From the NCBI RefSeq assembly GCF_006345805.1, contig NC_043019.1, positions 11,531,360 to 11,595,359 of the forward strand: a DNA stretch of 64,000 nucleotides, given 5' to 3'. The translations under genes and the position numbers were made by a program. The notes below the pieces were generated by a model. The model was not told where the DNA came from. It did not search any database and saw only the letters and a program-made list of their open reading frames with translations. Origin of the DNA: Octopus sinensis. Lineage: Eukaryota. Positions 12,434-26,000 of the stretch are shown piece after piece. The number at the start of each line of letters is the position of its first letter. Positions within the stretch are counted from its first letter, which is position 1.

Positions 12434-14139
12434 ACTACACAACCATATATTATTATTCTGAACATGCTTGTGCATATAATTGTGTTGGCAAATTGTTTGT
12501 AAAGATTTAGCAAATTCATAATCACAAGTTTAATGTCTCTTATTTTTTTTTTGTTTAATATTTTCCCCGTTTTTCTATGCTCCTGAAAAATACACACACA
12601 TACATATGTACATTTACACACATATATACACGACTACACATGCACACACACACATACACAGACGTACCCATGCACATACATGAACGCATACACACATATA
12701 CACCCACTATAAATTTCTCCTTGGGATGTTTCCTTCTCCAACTTGATGCAGGCAGAGGTAATTGATCCAAATTGCTAATTAACAGGAGGATGAAATTTAT
12801 TCCAGTGCCTTAACGAAGCAATAACGACTGATTACAATAATAATTAGCATCAGACATGCATACCAAACATTTCTCCCAGGAATAAATGTTACCTGGGGTA
12901 GTCGTTTCCATGGAAACATGATGTGAAGTTTATTTAAAAATTTATAATTAAAATTAATGTTTGTCATACTTTTTCTTCTTTTATCAATTAATTATAGGCT
13001 CATACCTATTTTGTTACTACCCACAAGGGGCTAAACACAGAGAGGACAAACAAGGACAGACAAACGGATTAAGTCGATTTTACCGACCCCAGTGAATAAC
13101 TGGTACTTATTTAATCAACCCCGAAAGGATGAATGGCAAAGTCGACCTCGGCGGAATTTGAACTCAGAACATAACGGCAGACAAAATACGGCTACGCATT
13201 TTGCCTGGGGTGCTAATGTTTCTGCCAGCTCGCCGCCTTATAGGCTCATACCTTCCTCCCAACCAATGTTCTCAGGGGCCCTATTGAGGGTCTTGAGTAC
13301 AGCTTTCTTGCATGCCCAAAAAGCTTTGGTAGGGGTAAGAAACTTCACTGAATATTTCAATGTTTAACCTTTAGCATTGAAACCAATTATATCTGGACAA
13401 AGGCGGCGTCTGGCAGAATCGTTAGCGCGCCGGGCGAAATGCTTAGCGATATTTCGTCTGTCGTTACGTTCTGAGTTCAAATTCCACCGAGGTCAACTTT
13501 GCCTTTCATCCTTTCGGGGTCGATAAATAAAGTACCAGTTTCACACTGGGGGCGATATAATCGACTCAATCCCTTTGTCCGTCCCCTCTATGTTTAGCCC
13601 CTTGTGGGTAATAAAGAAATAGGTATTTCGTCTGTCGTTACGTTCTGAGTTCAAATTCCACCGAGGTCAACTTTGCCTTTCATCCTTTCGGGGTCGATAA
13701 ATAAAGTACCAGTTTCGCACTGGGGGCGATATAATCAACTCAATCCCTTCGTCTGTTCTTGTTTGTCCCCTCTATGTTTAGCCCTTTGTGGGCAGTAAAG
13801 AAATATATATCTGGACAAATTATTCTCCCTCTTTAATCTCCAAACTGGCCAGATCCAGCCTCTCACACTTACCCTACAATCTTATTCTAAAAAGAAACAA
13901 TCACATCTTTGAAATCTCAGAGCTACAAGATAAGCCGTGATAAATTCAAAACAATGAATAAATAAGCATTAGGCACAGGAGTGGATGTGTGGTAAGTAGC
14001 TTGTTCACCAACCACATGGTTCCGGGTTCAGTCCCACTACATGGCATCTTGGGCAAGTGTCTTCTACTATAGCCTCGGGCCGACCAAAGCCTTGTGAGTG
14101 GATTTGGTAGACGGAAACTGAAAGAAGCCCGTCGTATAT

Positions 14140-14175
<36 letters not shown>

Positions 14176-17100
14176 TTGTGTGTCTGTGTTTGTCCCCCTA
14201 GCATTGCTTGACAACCGATGCTGGTGTGTTTATGTCCCCGTTACTAAGCGGTTCGGCAAAAGAGACCGATAGAATAAGTACTGGGCTTACAAAAGAATAA
14301 GTCCCGGAGTCGAGTTGCTCGATTAAAGGCGGTGCTCCAGCATGGCCGCAGTCAAATGACTGAAACAAGTAAAAAAGAGTAAAAAAAAAAGAGAAAGACT
14401 AGTCTGGATACTAAAGGGTTAAGTTTTCAAAATTGGTAACTTTGCCTTTTGATAAATTTAAATCAATGAAAGATATTGATATAAGCAGATGTTTCAATAT
14501 GATTGATTAATTCTATTGAACTTGGTGCTACAGTTCAATAACCGGAACTAGTGGAATGTAATAATAAACTTTAATCATTTAACATTTAATCTGATCATAT
14601 CTGGTCAAAATATTCAGCCCTGTTTTACCTTCAAATTGGCCGGATCCAGCCTCTCACATTTCCCTTGTAATATTATCCTCAAAATTGAAATTACATACGC
14701 ACCATCCGTTCGTGGCCGTTTGCCAGCTCCGTCTGGCACCTGTGCGGGTGGCACGTAAAAAGCAGCCACTACACTCACGGAGTGGTTGGCGTTAGGAAGG
14801 GCATCCAGCCAATACCAGCGCCGCCTTGACTGGCTTCCATGCCGGTGGCACGTTAAAAGCACCAACCGATTGTGGCCACTGCCAGACTCCCCTGGCACCT
14901 GTGCGGGTGGCACGTTAAAAGCACCCACTACACTCACGGAGTGGTTGGCGTTAGGAAGGGCATCCAGCCGTAGAAACACTGCCAGATCTGACTGGGCCTG
15001 ATGCAGCCTTCCGGCTTCACAGACCCCAGTTGAACCGTCCAACCCATGCTAGCATGGAAAACGGACGCTAAATGATGATGATGTCATTGAAATCTCAAAG
15101 CTACAAAGTAATGCATGACTAATTCATATCAATGTGGATAAATAAGAATTACATTTGACAGAGAAATCTGAATGCTAAAGAGTTAAATATTCACAAACCA
15201 ACAGTGGAGCCTGTATGTGGTTGCTCAGCCTGTTAGAAATAGCAGACAAATCTCCTCATACCACACACAAGTCATTGATGGTGGTGGTAGTGATGATGAT
15301 GCTTGTGGTGATTGTCGTGATGACAGTGGTGGAGGTAATGATTGTGTTGGTAATGGTGGTGGTGGTGGTAGTACTTGCGGTAACTGTTGCGGCAGTAGTG
15401 TTAGTGGTTGTGTGGTAGTGATGCTTGTGGTGGTGGTTATCATTGCTGCTTTGTTTGTTTGTTTGTTGAGCGAAGCGGTCTTCTTCTGTAATGGGAGAAG
15501 TCCGAAACATTGTCCTTTGCTATTCATAAGACCCGCAAAAGAGAAAGAGGTCAACCCCCGACACCGAGAGTATCGACGGATGGATGAATGCGTATCCAGG
15601 CTCAGCGGTTGTGTAGGAAGTCGGGGACAAGAAACAGGAAGAAAGAGTGAGAGAAAGTTGGAGCGAAAGAGTACAACAGGGGTCACCACCACCCCCTGCT
15701 GGAGCCTCGTGGAGCTTTAGGTGTTTTCACTCAATAAACACACACAACGCCCGGTCTGGGAATCGAAACCGCGATCCTCCGACCGCGAGTCCGCTGCCCC
15801 ATTGCACCTCCACTATCTTTGCTGCCATGGTGAAGGTGGTTGTCATGGAGGTCATGGTCATCATCAGTGGTGGTGGTCGTGATGGGGATGAAGATGATGA
15901 TGATGTGATCATGGTAACGATAGTGTGAGCATGATTAGAACTATGATGATGATGATGAAATCATTTCATTTGCTTTGCTTATTAATTAATTAAATTTTTT
16001 TTTTTTCCAGATGACAGTTTTCCCAAACTTCACCCTCAATACAGTGTATTCATAGAGGCTAATTACATTTCAAATAAATCCACCGTACATTTCACCGAGT
16101 ACCATGATGCAAATGAAGGAGCCAATGTCATCAAACGAAGCCAACAAGATTCAAAGACAGACATCTACCTCTTCGAGAATACTGGAGAAATGTTTATTGT
16201 GACACCAGATGGTAAACACCTTAAGTTATTGATTAATCATTGAAAAATTCATTCATTCATTTATAATATTTCTTTTTCTTGTTTCAGTCATTGGACTACG
16301 GCCATGCTTGAGCACCACCCTGCAGAGTTTTACTCAAATAAATTACCCCCAGTGTTGATATTTTTTTTTCTATAGAACCTTTAACCCTTTCGTTACCAAC
16401 CTGGCTGAAACCGGCTCTGGCTCTGAGTACAAATGTCTTGTTTTCATTAGTTTTGAATTAAAATCTTCCACCAAACCTTAGTCACAATTTATGTTCCTAA
16501 CACTAGCTTAATGATAATGAAGTTATTTTACTAAATTCTTTGTTATATTTAAAGTAATTGAAAGAAACACGGAGTATCTCAAAATAAATACAGTAAGGAA
16601 AGGGTTAAGGTACAGGGAGATAGACAAACCAACACTAGGTATCAGGCATTGGGGTGGGGACACATACTTTCTCTTGCATTCTCTTACACACACACACATA
16701 TATATAATATATAGTGGGCTCCCACTCAATTTCCATCTACCAAATTCACTCATAAGGCATCAAGTTGGCCCAGGATTATAATAGAAGACATTTGAGCAAG
16801 GTGCCATGCAGTGGCACTGAACCCAAAACCACATGATTGAGAAGCAAGCTACTTAGCCATGCCTATGCCTTAGCCAGATATATACATATGCACCCTAACA
16901 TGGACCCAAACATGGAAATATCCACACAATACTACTCCTTTCCTCCCCAATATAATCCTACACGTATACTCCAAAGAAGTTATCCAAAATATAAAAAATA
17001 CACACACAAATAACTGCAATGCAAAGACATAATGCTAAAAAACATAATGACGTAAAAACATGAGATAATGCTAAAAAAAATAGGTGCAGGAGTGGCTGTG

Positions 17101-19989
17101 TGGTAAGTAGCTTGCTTGCCAACCACATGGTTCCGGGTTCAGTCCCACTGCATGGCATCTTAGGTAAGTGTCTTTTACTACAGCCTCAGGCCAACCAAAG
17201 CCTTGTGAGTTGATTTGGTAAACGGAAACTGAAAGAAGCCCGTTGTGTATATGTATGTATATATATATATAGAGAGAGAGAGGTAGTGGATAGTGATTTT
17301 CTTCACTACTTCAGGGAGTGACACGACCCTGCCTGACACGAGTCCTGGGCTCAGCTGGCTCTGATGACAGTACCTGGTATGGGCCCCTATCCAGGGTTAT
17401 GGAAAGGAGACAACCTTCAAAGAAATCCGGAGTGGAGCCCCGTAGGCGGTTTATTGTTTGACTCGACCCTCTTCTGGCAGCTCCTTCAACCAAGCTGGTG
17501 CTAAATGTAATGCTCTGCACTCCTTTGTTTGTGTGTCTGTGTTTGTCCCCACAACATCGCTTGACAACCGATGCTGGTGTGTTTACGTCCCATAACTTAG
17601 CAGTTCGGCAAAAGAGATTGATAGAATAAGTACTAGGCTTACAAAGAATGAGTCCTGGGGTTGATTTGCTCGACTAAAGGCGGTGCTCCAGCATGGCCAC
17701 AGTCAAATGACTGAAACAAGTAAAAGAGTATTTTCAGCTTTAGTACACTGGTCATGATATTGATATCAACTAAGGTATGGCATTGCTGATTACAATTCTT
17801 ATTTTTATTCAGGGGCATGCAAAACAACCGATTTGTGGAAGAACCCGAATAAGTACTTGTTTGGAGAGGAAATCTCCAATGGACGTTTCTTCTCACTTGC
17901 GGGAGCAGTTGAACTGGCAGAGACAAATTTCTTCAAGGTCAAAGAGAAAACCACAGTCATTGACCGAGGTATGAGTACATCAGTATGGTCAGCATGTCAG
18001 TATTTACCAAGCATGAAAGCAACTGTAAAGACCACTTGGTATTTTGGTAAGTTGGAAAAAATCTTTATATATAAAAGTGAAGTTGTGTGAGTGTCTGTCT
18101 CCTACGATTTAGATTCCTAACTACTCCCACATTTTGCGGTGCAGTTTAACCAAAACCGGGTATCTTATAGTCGTGATTCATATCGAGCCCTTCTGGGTAT
18201 TAGTGCGCATCTATGATGAGTCTACGATTTAAAAAAAAATTTACCATCATTTTCCCCCATTTTAATGCATTTTTTCGCTATTATATAAGGGAAGTAACTC
18301 TCTAAAAATGTCTACGATGAGTCAACGATTTAAAAAAAAATTTACCATCATTTATTTCCCATTTTCAATGCATTTTTTTGCTATTTTTTGGCTATAACTC
18401 TCTAAAAATGCTTATATAGTTATTTCCCTTACAAACCCGAGCAACGCCGGGCGATACTGCTAGTTATATATAAATAAATACACACGTGTGTCTGCCCTTT
18501 TTGTTTCACTGTCCCTATTCTCTTTATATTTACCTTGTACCTTGAGGTTACACCCTCACCAGCTGGGAAAGCCATGTACAAAGGAGTGCAGAAAGGTTCC
18601 TGGCTTTAAGGGTATCTATCATGAAAGGCCTGGTTGGGGGCCTGACATTCCAAGTTCTTTTACAGGGCTTACAAAAACTGAAGGATTGTTGCAATAAGTG
18701 TGTGAATCTAAAAGGGGATTGTGATGAACAAAATCAACTGATCCTCTGTACATTTTTTTTAACCAAAGCCAGGAACCTTTCAGTAAATCCTCATATCTCC
18801 TCTTCAGCAAAATATATGTTCTTGGCCTTTATCATAATTTCACCTCCTTCAGTACTCTACCACACTTAGCTGAGGAGTTTTGTTTTGTCAGTTCCACAAA
18901 AAAAAAAAAAGGAACCCACACGCTCTGGAAAGTGGTTGGCATTAGGAAGGACATTCAGCTGTAAAAATTATGCCAAAGCAGAAAATGGGAGCCCAACACA
19001 GTCATTTGGCTTGTGGGTTCCTGATGAACTACCCAAACCATACCAGCATGGTAAATAAGGTCCTACAGACATGGTTCAAGAAACACCAAGCTGACCTGCC
19101 CAAGATGCGGTCAGAATGACAAAACCATTCTGCACACACTCGTGCAATGTCCAAATATTTCAGACCTGTGGGCCTATGTCGAATGGCTGCTGTCACGTAT
19201 GGGATGGGTCTGGTTGTCAACCGAGTGTGTGGTGTGTATACACACAGTCTTTTTGTATTGCAGATCATTCCTCTCTCCTGATCCCCTTCCTATTGGCATC
19301 TGTCCCTCATTCTTACCATTGTCCCTGGCCATCACCCCACACCAATCTTTGTACATCATTCACTACATTCACCCCTTATATACCTCTGACAACCTCTGTC
19401 CCTATTTTCAGCACGTAAAAGCACCCACTACACTCTCGGAGTGGTTGGCGTTAGGAAGGGCATCCAGCTGTAGAAACTCTGCCAGATCAAGATTGGAGCC
19501 TGGGGCAGCCATCTGGTTCACCAACCCTCAGTCATTTGTCCAACCCATGCTAGCATGGAAAGCAGACATTAAACGATGATGATGAACTCACCCTCTCTCC
19601 CTTCACCCACTCTTCCATACTTCGCTTACTCTTCCTGATTCTTTCCTCTCCACCTTCTCTTCCATTCATTCTTTTGGACACGTTATCTTGAGAATATTCT
19701 GTGGCACATCATCGTCACCATCTATATCTCATTTCTAGCACTCTTCCATCCACTCATATATAACACAGGGGTATCTCTGAATCTCCCCTACACTAAAATA
19801 AACCTGTTCCTCCCATCCTACTCTAACCCAGGGGTTTGCAACCAAGATCAATATGGCCCCTGAGGGTCCATTCCATGCAAGAAAATAGCAAATTGGGGAT
19901 CCACGATAGTATTTTAAGGACCCCTGAAAAAATTTTGCTTGTGAGTGGATTTGGTAGGTGGAAACTGAAAGAAGCCCATCATATATATA

Positions 19990-20025
<36 letters not shown>

Positions 20026-23000
20026 TATGTATATATGTGTGTGTGTGTGTCTTTGTGTCTGTGTTTGTCTCCCCATCACTGCTTGACAACCAATGTTGGA
20101 GTGTTTATGTTGCCATAACTTAGCAGTTTGGCAAAAGAGATCAACAGAATAAGTACCAGGCTTTAAAAAAAAGAGAAGTACTGAGGTTGATACATTCGAT
20201 CAAAAATTCTTCAAAGCAATGCCCCAGCATGTCCGCAGTCTAAAAGAAACGAGTAAAAGATAAAAAAAGATAACAAAAAAAACCAAGTCTGTACAATGCA
20301 ATTATATTTAACACTTCCGTGTAAAATCAACCATAGAAAGACTGATGCTGTGGAAACTATGCCTTATAGACATTGCATGTGAGAACACACACCAGTTATT
20401 ACTTGCGGTCACTGTGTATGCATATGAGATATTTCAGCTAGCAAAAGACCAATGTAAGACTGCTGGTTTTCTATAAACAACCTTGCCCAGACTTGTGCCT
20501 CAGAGGGAGACTTTCTAGGTGCAATCCCATGGTTGTTCATGACTGCAGCGGGTTTTTTATGTCTATTAAGAAATTATATATTTCTTTACTACCAACAAGG
20601 GGCTAAACACAGAGGGGACAAACAAACGGATTAAGTCGATTACATCGACCCCAGTGAGTAACTGGTACTTTATTTATCGACTCCGAAAGGATGAAAGGCA
20701 AAGTTGACCTTGGCGGAATTTGAACTCAGAACATAATGGCAGACGAAATACTGCATTTCGCCTGACGTGCCAACGTTTCTGCCAGCTCGCCGCAGGTCTA
20801 TATACAATTATATACACCTGTATTTCAATTACTGCTATTAGTTTGCTTCTAATTAATATGAAAAAGGGTTTATTTCTTTTCAGCAACAGAAGATTCGGTA
20901 CCTGTGACACCAGTAAGACTTCACATGAAAGGAAAGGATGGTGATGGGAAGGATCTTGAATACCAGTTTGAGTTTTTCCACTATAAGCCTTACATACTGA
21001 CAGAAGAACCAATATTTGAGGTATGAAGTACTTTCTGTTCTTGCCACAATAATAATAAGGGTGGTAGGCATGGCTGTGTGGTAAGAAGCTTGATTCCCAA
21101 CCACATGGTTCCAGGTTCTGTCCCACTGCTGGCACAATCATTATCTACTATGGACCCAAGCCAACCAAATCCTTGTGAATGAATTTGGTAAATAGAATCC
21201 AAAAGAAGTCCATCATGTGTGTGTGTGTGTGCACAAAACAATATCTGTGAAATGCGATTCCCAGGTTATTTCCCTTCATCAGCCGAACAATTATTCTGTG
21301 CTGATGAAGGGAAATAACCCGGAAATCGCGATACACAGATATTGTTTTGAGCTGAGTGGTGGTGCTAGATTCCCTTGTTTGAAAATATAAGGACACAGAT
21401 TGTGTCATATGGCCAGCTGGAGACGATGTGTCTTGGGGCTAAATTACAGCAACATTCATCCTAAACCAGGACTGCCATGTTATGTTGGCAAATAATCTTT
21501 ACTCCTTTTGCCCCTTGTAATATATTTTTTAAAAGGCCATATAGGCCTTAAGCACTTTTCCACCGTTTGTTGAGTGGTATTTTCCAGTCTTTTTGTTTTT
21601 AGGTTTAGTGTTTTGTAAATTGTTTTTGACCAAACCATATACATTCTTATTATATTCCAGTTTTAATCTGTCTTTTTCACTATTATTAATTCTTTTCTCT
21701 TTTCACAGACTCCACGAGGAACCGTATGTAATGGACGAAAACAAACGAAGCCTTTACCAAACTTCCCAGATGTTTTTAGTTGTACAACAGAGATCGTCAA
21801 TGAAGCCAAAAACTCCATCCAATACCAGGAAGTAAGAGATATCTCTGATCCAATGTACAAAAAGAACACATCATGAGACACCACCACCAGTAATAATTTG
21901 ATTTCCCTCTCCTGACCTCCCCTGCTTTGCTCTGGTTGGTTGACTTGGTCAGTTTATACCTCAGGTTTGTCTACACAGGTGCCTTGAACAAGTTTTTTTT
22001 TCTATGATAGCCACAGGATGACCAACGCCTTGTGAATGGATTTAACAAATTGAAACTGAGCAAAAGTTCATTGAAAATACATCTCATTTCTTCTTTGCTC
22101 AATATATTTCCGAGAGGGTTGTGGGGACAGGTCCTCAAATCTGTCTTCCAATGGGGTCCTGTCTGGAGTAACTGTCTCCAATTGATCTGGCTAGATCTGC
22201 AAGTGAGACGACTGAGCTAATGGATGTTAACAAACCATCTTCCTCATGAATATCCTGCCAGTTGGTTTTGCTAACGTACTTACAAGTGAGTGTGTATGCG
22301 TATGTGCATCTATATATGCATGTATATATACATATATGTATGTGTAAGGTGCAGATGGTATTTGTTCACATGAGGAAAAAATAAAACTTTTTATTTTTTG
22401 AGATGTATTCATCAAATTTGGGTCAGTTTGTCTTAATGACATGTTCTATTGATCTCATTTGATGAACCCACTTTTGGCCTTGATGACAGCCTCCAGGTGA
22501 CCCTAAAACTGGCCACAAGCCTTCATCACTGTCTCCCGTTTTAGGCTTCTGAAGGACCTCAGCTCATCCTTCATGTAGCAGCTGAATTTGTTGGTCTCCC
22601 ATTTCAGCACACCCTACACAAAGAAGTCGAGGGAGCTGCAATCAAGTGAATTGGGAGGCCAAATGTCAGGTGCTCTCTGATTGAAGAAATTCTACAACAG
22701 CCAGGCCTGGGTCTTCTAGTTGGTGTGGCAGGGTACAAAGTCTTGCTGCAGCTACCCATTGTCCCAGGGCTTCATCACCTCATTCAAGGAACACATATAC
22801 AGCCATTGGCGTTCAGCCTGAGGCTCTCAGAGAATAAGTGGGGTGGTATGACATCACCTTACTGCTGACAACACCGAAGACTGTGAGTGTTGCTGGAAAT
22901 TTTGTCTGCATGACTCTGAGCACATCCTTGAGTGAGACAGGAAGCCACCAGTTGTTCTGGGAGTTGATCTTCTGGTCTTGGTAGAAATTCTCCTCAGAGA

Positions 23001-26000
23001 AGAACCACGGCATATCTAGCTTCTGTGAATGTTTTAACTTGTTGATCAGCTTCTTAGTGTACTTGATTCACTTTTTCTGCATTGCCTTGGACAGAAATTG
23101 TCCCTTCCTCATCTTGTATGAAAAGTAGTGGATGTCCTCATGGACCACCAGACTGATGAGCTTTTCACCCACACTTTACTCCCATGCAATGGCACACATG
23201 GACTTGAGGGGATGATTTTTATGATTTGGATTTCAGTGATGAATTCCAGCATCATGATGGCATCAGATCATCAATCATGGATTTTCCTCTTTCTTGTCAT
23301 CTCATAGTCAAATCCTGAATCTTCCAGCTCCTTTCTGACCTTTTCCACCATCCTTCTGCTGACACAAATTTCATGGAGGATTCCATGCCTCTTCCGCATC
23401 ATCATCTTTGTTTAGCGTCTGCTTTCCATGCTAGCATGGGTTGGACGGTTTAACTGGGGTCTGGGAAGCCAGAAGGCTGCACCAGGCCCAGTCTGATCTG
23501 GCAATGTTTCTACGGCTGGATGCCCTTCCTAACGCCAACGATGCCCTTCCTAAATTATTATCATTATTATGGCTATGTGGTAATTTCCAATCTTCTGCAA
23601 AAACATGTCTGGCCATGGAGAAATATTACCATACTTGGAAAACAGGTGATGGCTGGCAAGGAAGGGTATCCAGCCAAACCAAATCTGCTTGAACAAAATT
23701 CCTTCCAACCCATGCAAGTATGGAAAAGCATTAAAATGATGATGATCATGATCGTAACAATAATTTAAAAATAAGAAAACACACGACATTACACTGCAAT
23801 CATAAATTTATGACACCATGTGCAATATTAACAATGTATTAACTTTAAATTTGCAGGAAGAATATGATACCATTAACCAACTTGTACGCTTCACTTATAA
23901 ACCAGTATTAGATTCTGAAGACAGTTTTGGGACTGGAAAATTAACTAAAATACATGACTACAAAATTGGTAATTACATCATTTATTATATTATATAATTA
24001 TTATTACATTATTTTCTTTCTTTCACTCATAGCCTAATTTCTCCACATTGTGTGTATGCGTATATATATATATATATGCTAGTGTACCTGTGCTAGTAGG
24101 GTGCTAAGAGAAACCAACTGGCTTCTATGCCAGTAGCATGTAAAAGGGCACCATTCGAGCGTGATCGTTACCAACGTCGCCTTACTGGCACCTGTGATGG
24201 TGGCATGTGTAAAAAGATGCGAGCGAGCTCATTGCTAGTACCGTCAGACTGGCCCCCATGCCGGTGGCACGTAAAAAGCACCTACAACACTCTCAGAGTG
24301 GTTGGCATTAGGAAGGGCATCCAGCTGTAGAAACTCTGCCAGATCAAGATTGGAGCCTAGTGGAGCCATCTGGTTCACCAGCCTTCAGTCAAAATCGTCC
24401 AACCCATGCTAGCATGGAAAGCGGACGTTAAACAATGATGATGATGATGATGATGTATATACTCGTCAAACCAAGTGAAACCGTAGTTGCAGCTGATGCC
24501 AGTGTCACATAACTGGCACCCATGCTGGTGGCATATAAAAGGCACCCATTACACTGCTGGAGTGGTTGGCATTGGGAAGAGCATCCAGCTGTAAAAACCA
24601 TGCCAGACCAGACTGGAACCTGGTGCAGCTCTCCAGTTCACCATTTTCAATCAAACTGTCTAACCCATGCCAGCATGGAAAGCTTCTTTCAGAGTTCTAT
24701 AATTTCCTTCTTCCATCACTATAGACCCGTCACTATAGTCTTCTACTATAGTGTCGGGTTGATCAAAGCCTTGTGAATGGATTTGGTATGTGGAAACTGA
24801 AGCCCATCGTATATATGCACGTGTGTATATATCTACTTGTGTGTATTTTGTGTCTGTCTTAGCCTCCCCCCATCACCATTTGACAACCGGTGTTTGTACA
24901 TTTACATCCCCGTAACTTAACAGCTTGGCAAAAGAGGCTGATAGAATAAGTACTAGGCTTAAGTAATATGTCCAGGAGTAGATTTGTTCAATTAAAACCC
25001 TTCGAGGCGGTGCACCAGCATGACCGCAGACAAATGACTGAAACAAGTAAAAGAATATATATATATAAAACAATCTTTGTATGCCTTTGTGCTTGAGTTT
25101 GTCCCCAATCCTCCACTTGACAACTGGTGTTGGTTTGTGTATGTCCCCATGACTTAGCAGTTCAGAAAGAAAAAAAAAGACAATCAATAGAAAATCATCA
25201 TCATCGTTAATGTCCGCTTTCCATGCTAGCATGGGTTGGACGAATGACTGAAGGCTGGCAAACCAGATGGCTGCACCAGGCTTCAATCTTGATCTGGCAG
25301 AGCTTCTACAGCTGGATGCCCTTCCTAACGCCAACCACTCCGAAAGTGTAGTGGGGGTAAAAGTACTAACATTCCCACTTTCCTCAATAGCATTTACAAC
25401 AGGAACTGGCTGTATCTAAATACTGATATCAAATTATGAACTTAAATCACAGGTAGAATTACCTCTACTGCATGGCTCATTTTTAGTAAAGTTCTAATAA
25501 TATTGATTACTAACAATGGTACAAGGCCACTAATTATGTTAGGGTTCAATCAATTACATTAATTTCTGAACTAATTTTATCAACAATGGAAGGATAAAAG
25601 GTAAAGGTATGATTTGAGTGTAAAGGGACATTGTTAAAATATGTACGAAAATTAAAAAAATAAGTATTAGGGTCAATCTGTTTGATTAAAACTCTTCAAG
25701 GTTGTATTGTAACATAGCCACAGCCTGATTACCGAAAGAAGTAAAAGATAGTATTTTGTGTTCCAGCTTTCACTTTCACTTTATCTCTGATCTTATTTAC
25801 AGATGTTGCATACATTATTGATGATATCCGAGGCAACTGCACGATGCAACCGATATTTGGGAACGATGATGATATCAGAGGTGATCACAATCAGCGCATG
25901 GCCACCGCAAAAGAGATTTTTAAGGTTGATAAGGGTATCTTTACATATGAAGGTGTGGTAAGTATCTGCTGTTAATTTGATCCAATTCTAGATACTCTTT

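Noticed and set aside
14614-15042. Recurrent [10 protein letters not shown] / MALGRASS ORFs
   Set aside because: Translations of the RTE-associated repeat, seen in many copies.
15215-15720. 142-167 aa ORFs on both strands
   Set aside because: GGT/GAT low-complexity tract plus a SINE C; no splice or homology support.
17355-17410. CTGATGA...GAAA as a third hammerhead
   Set aside because: No stem I or stem III and no correctly placed NUH.
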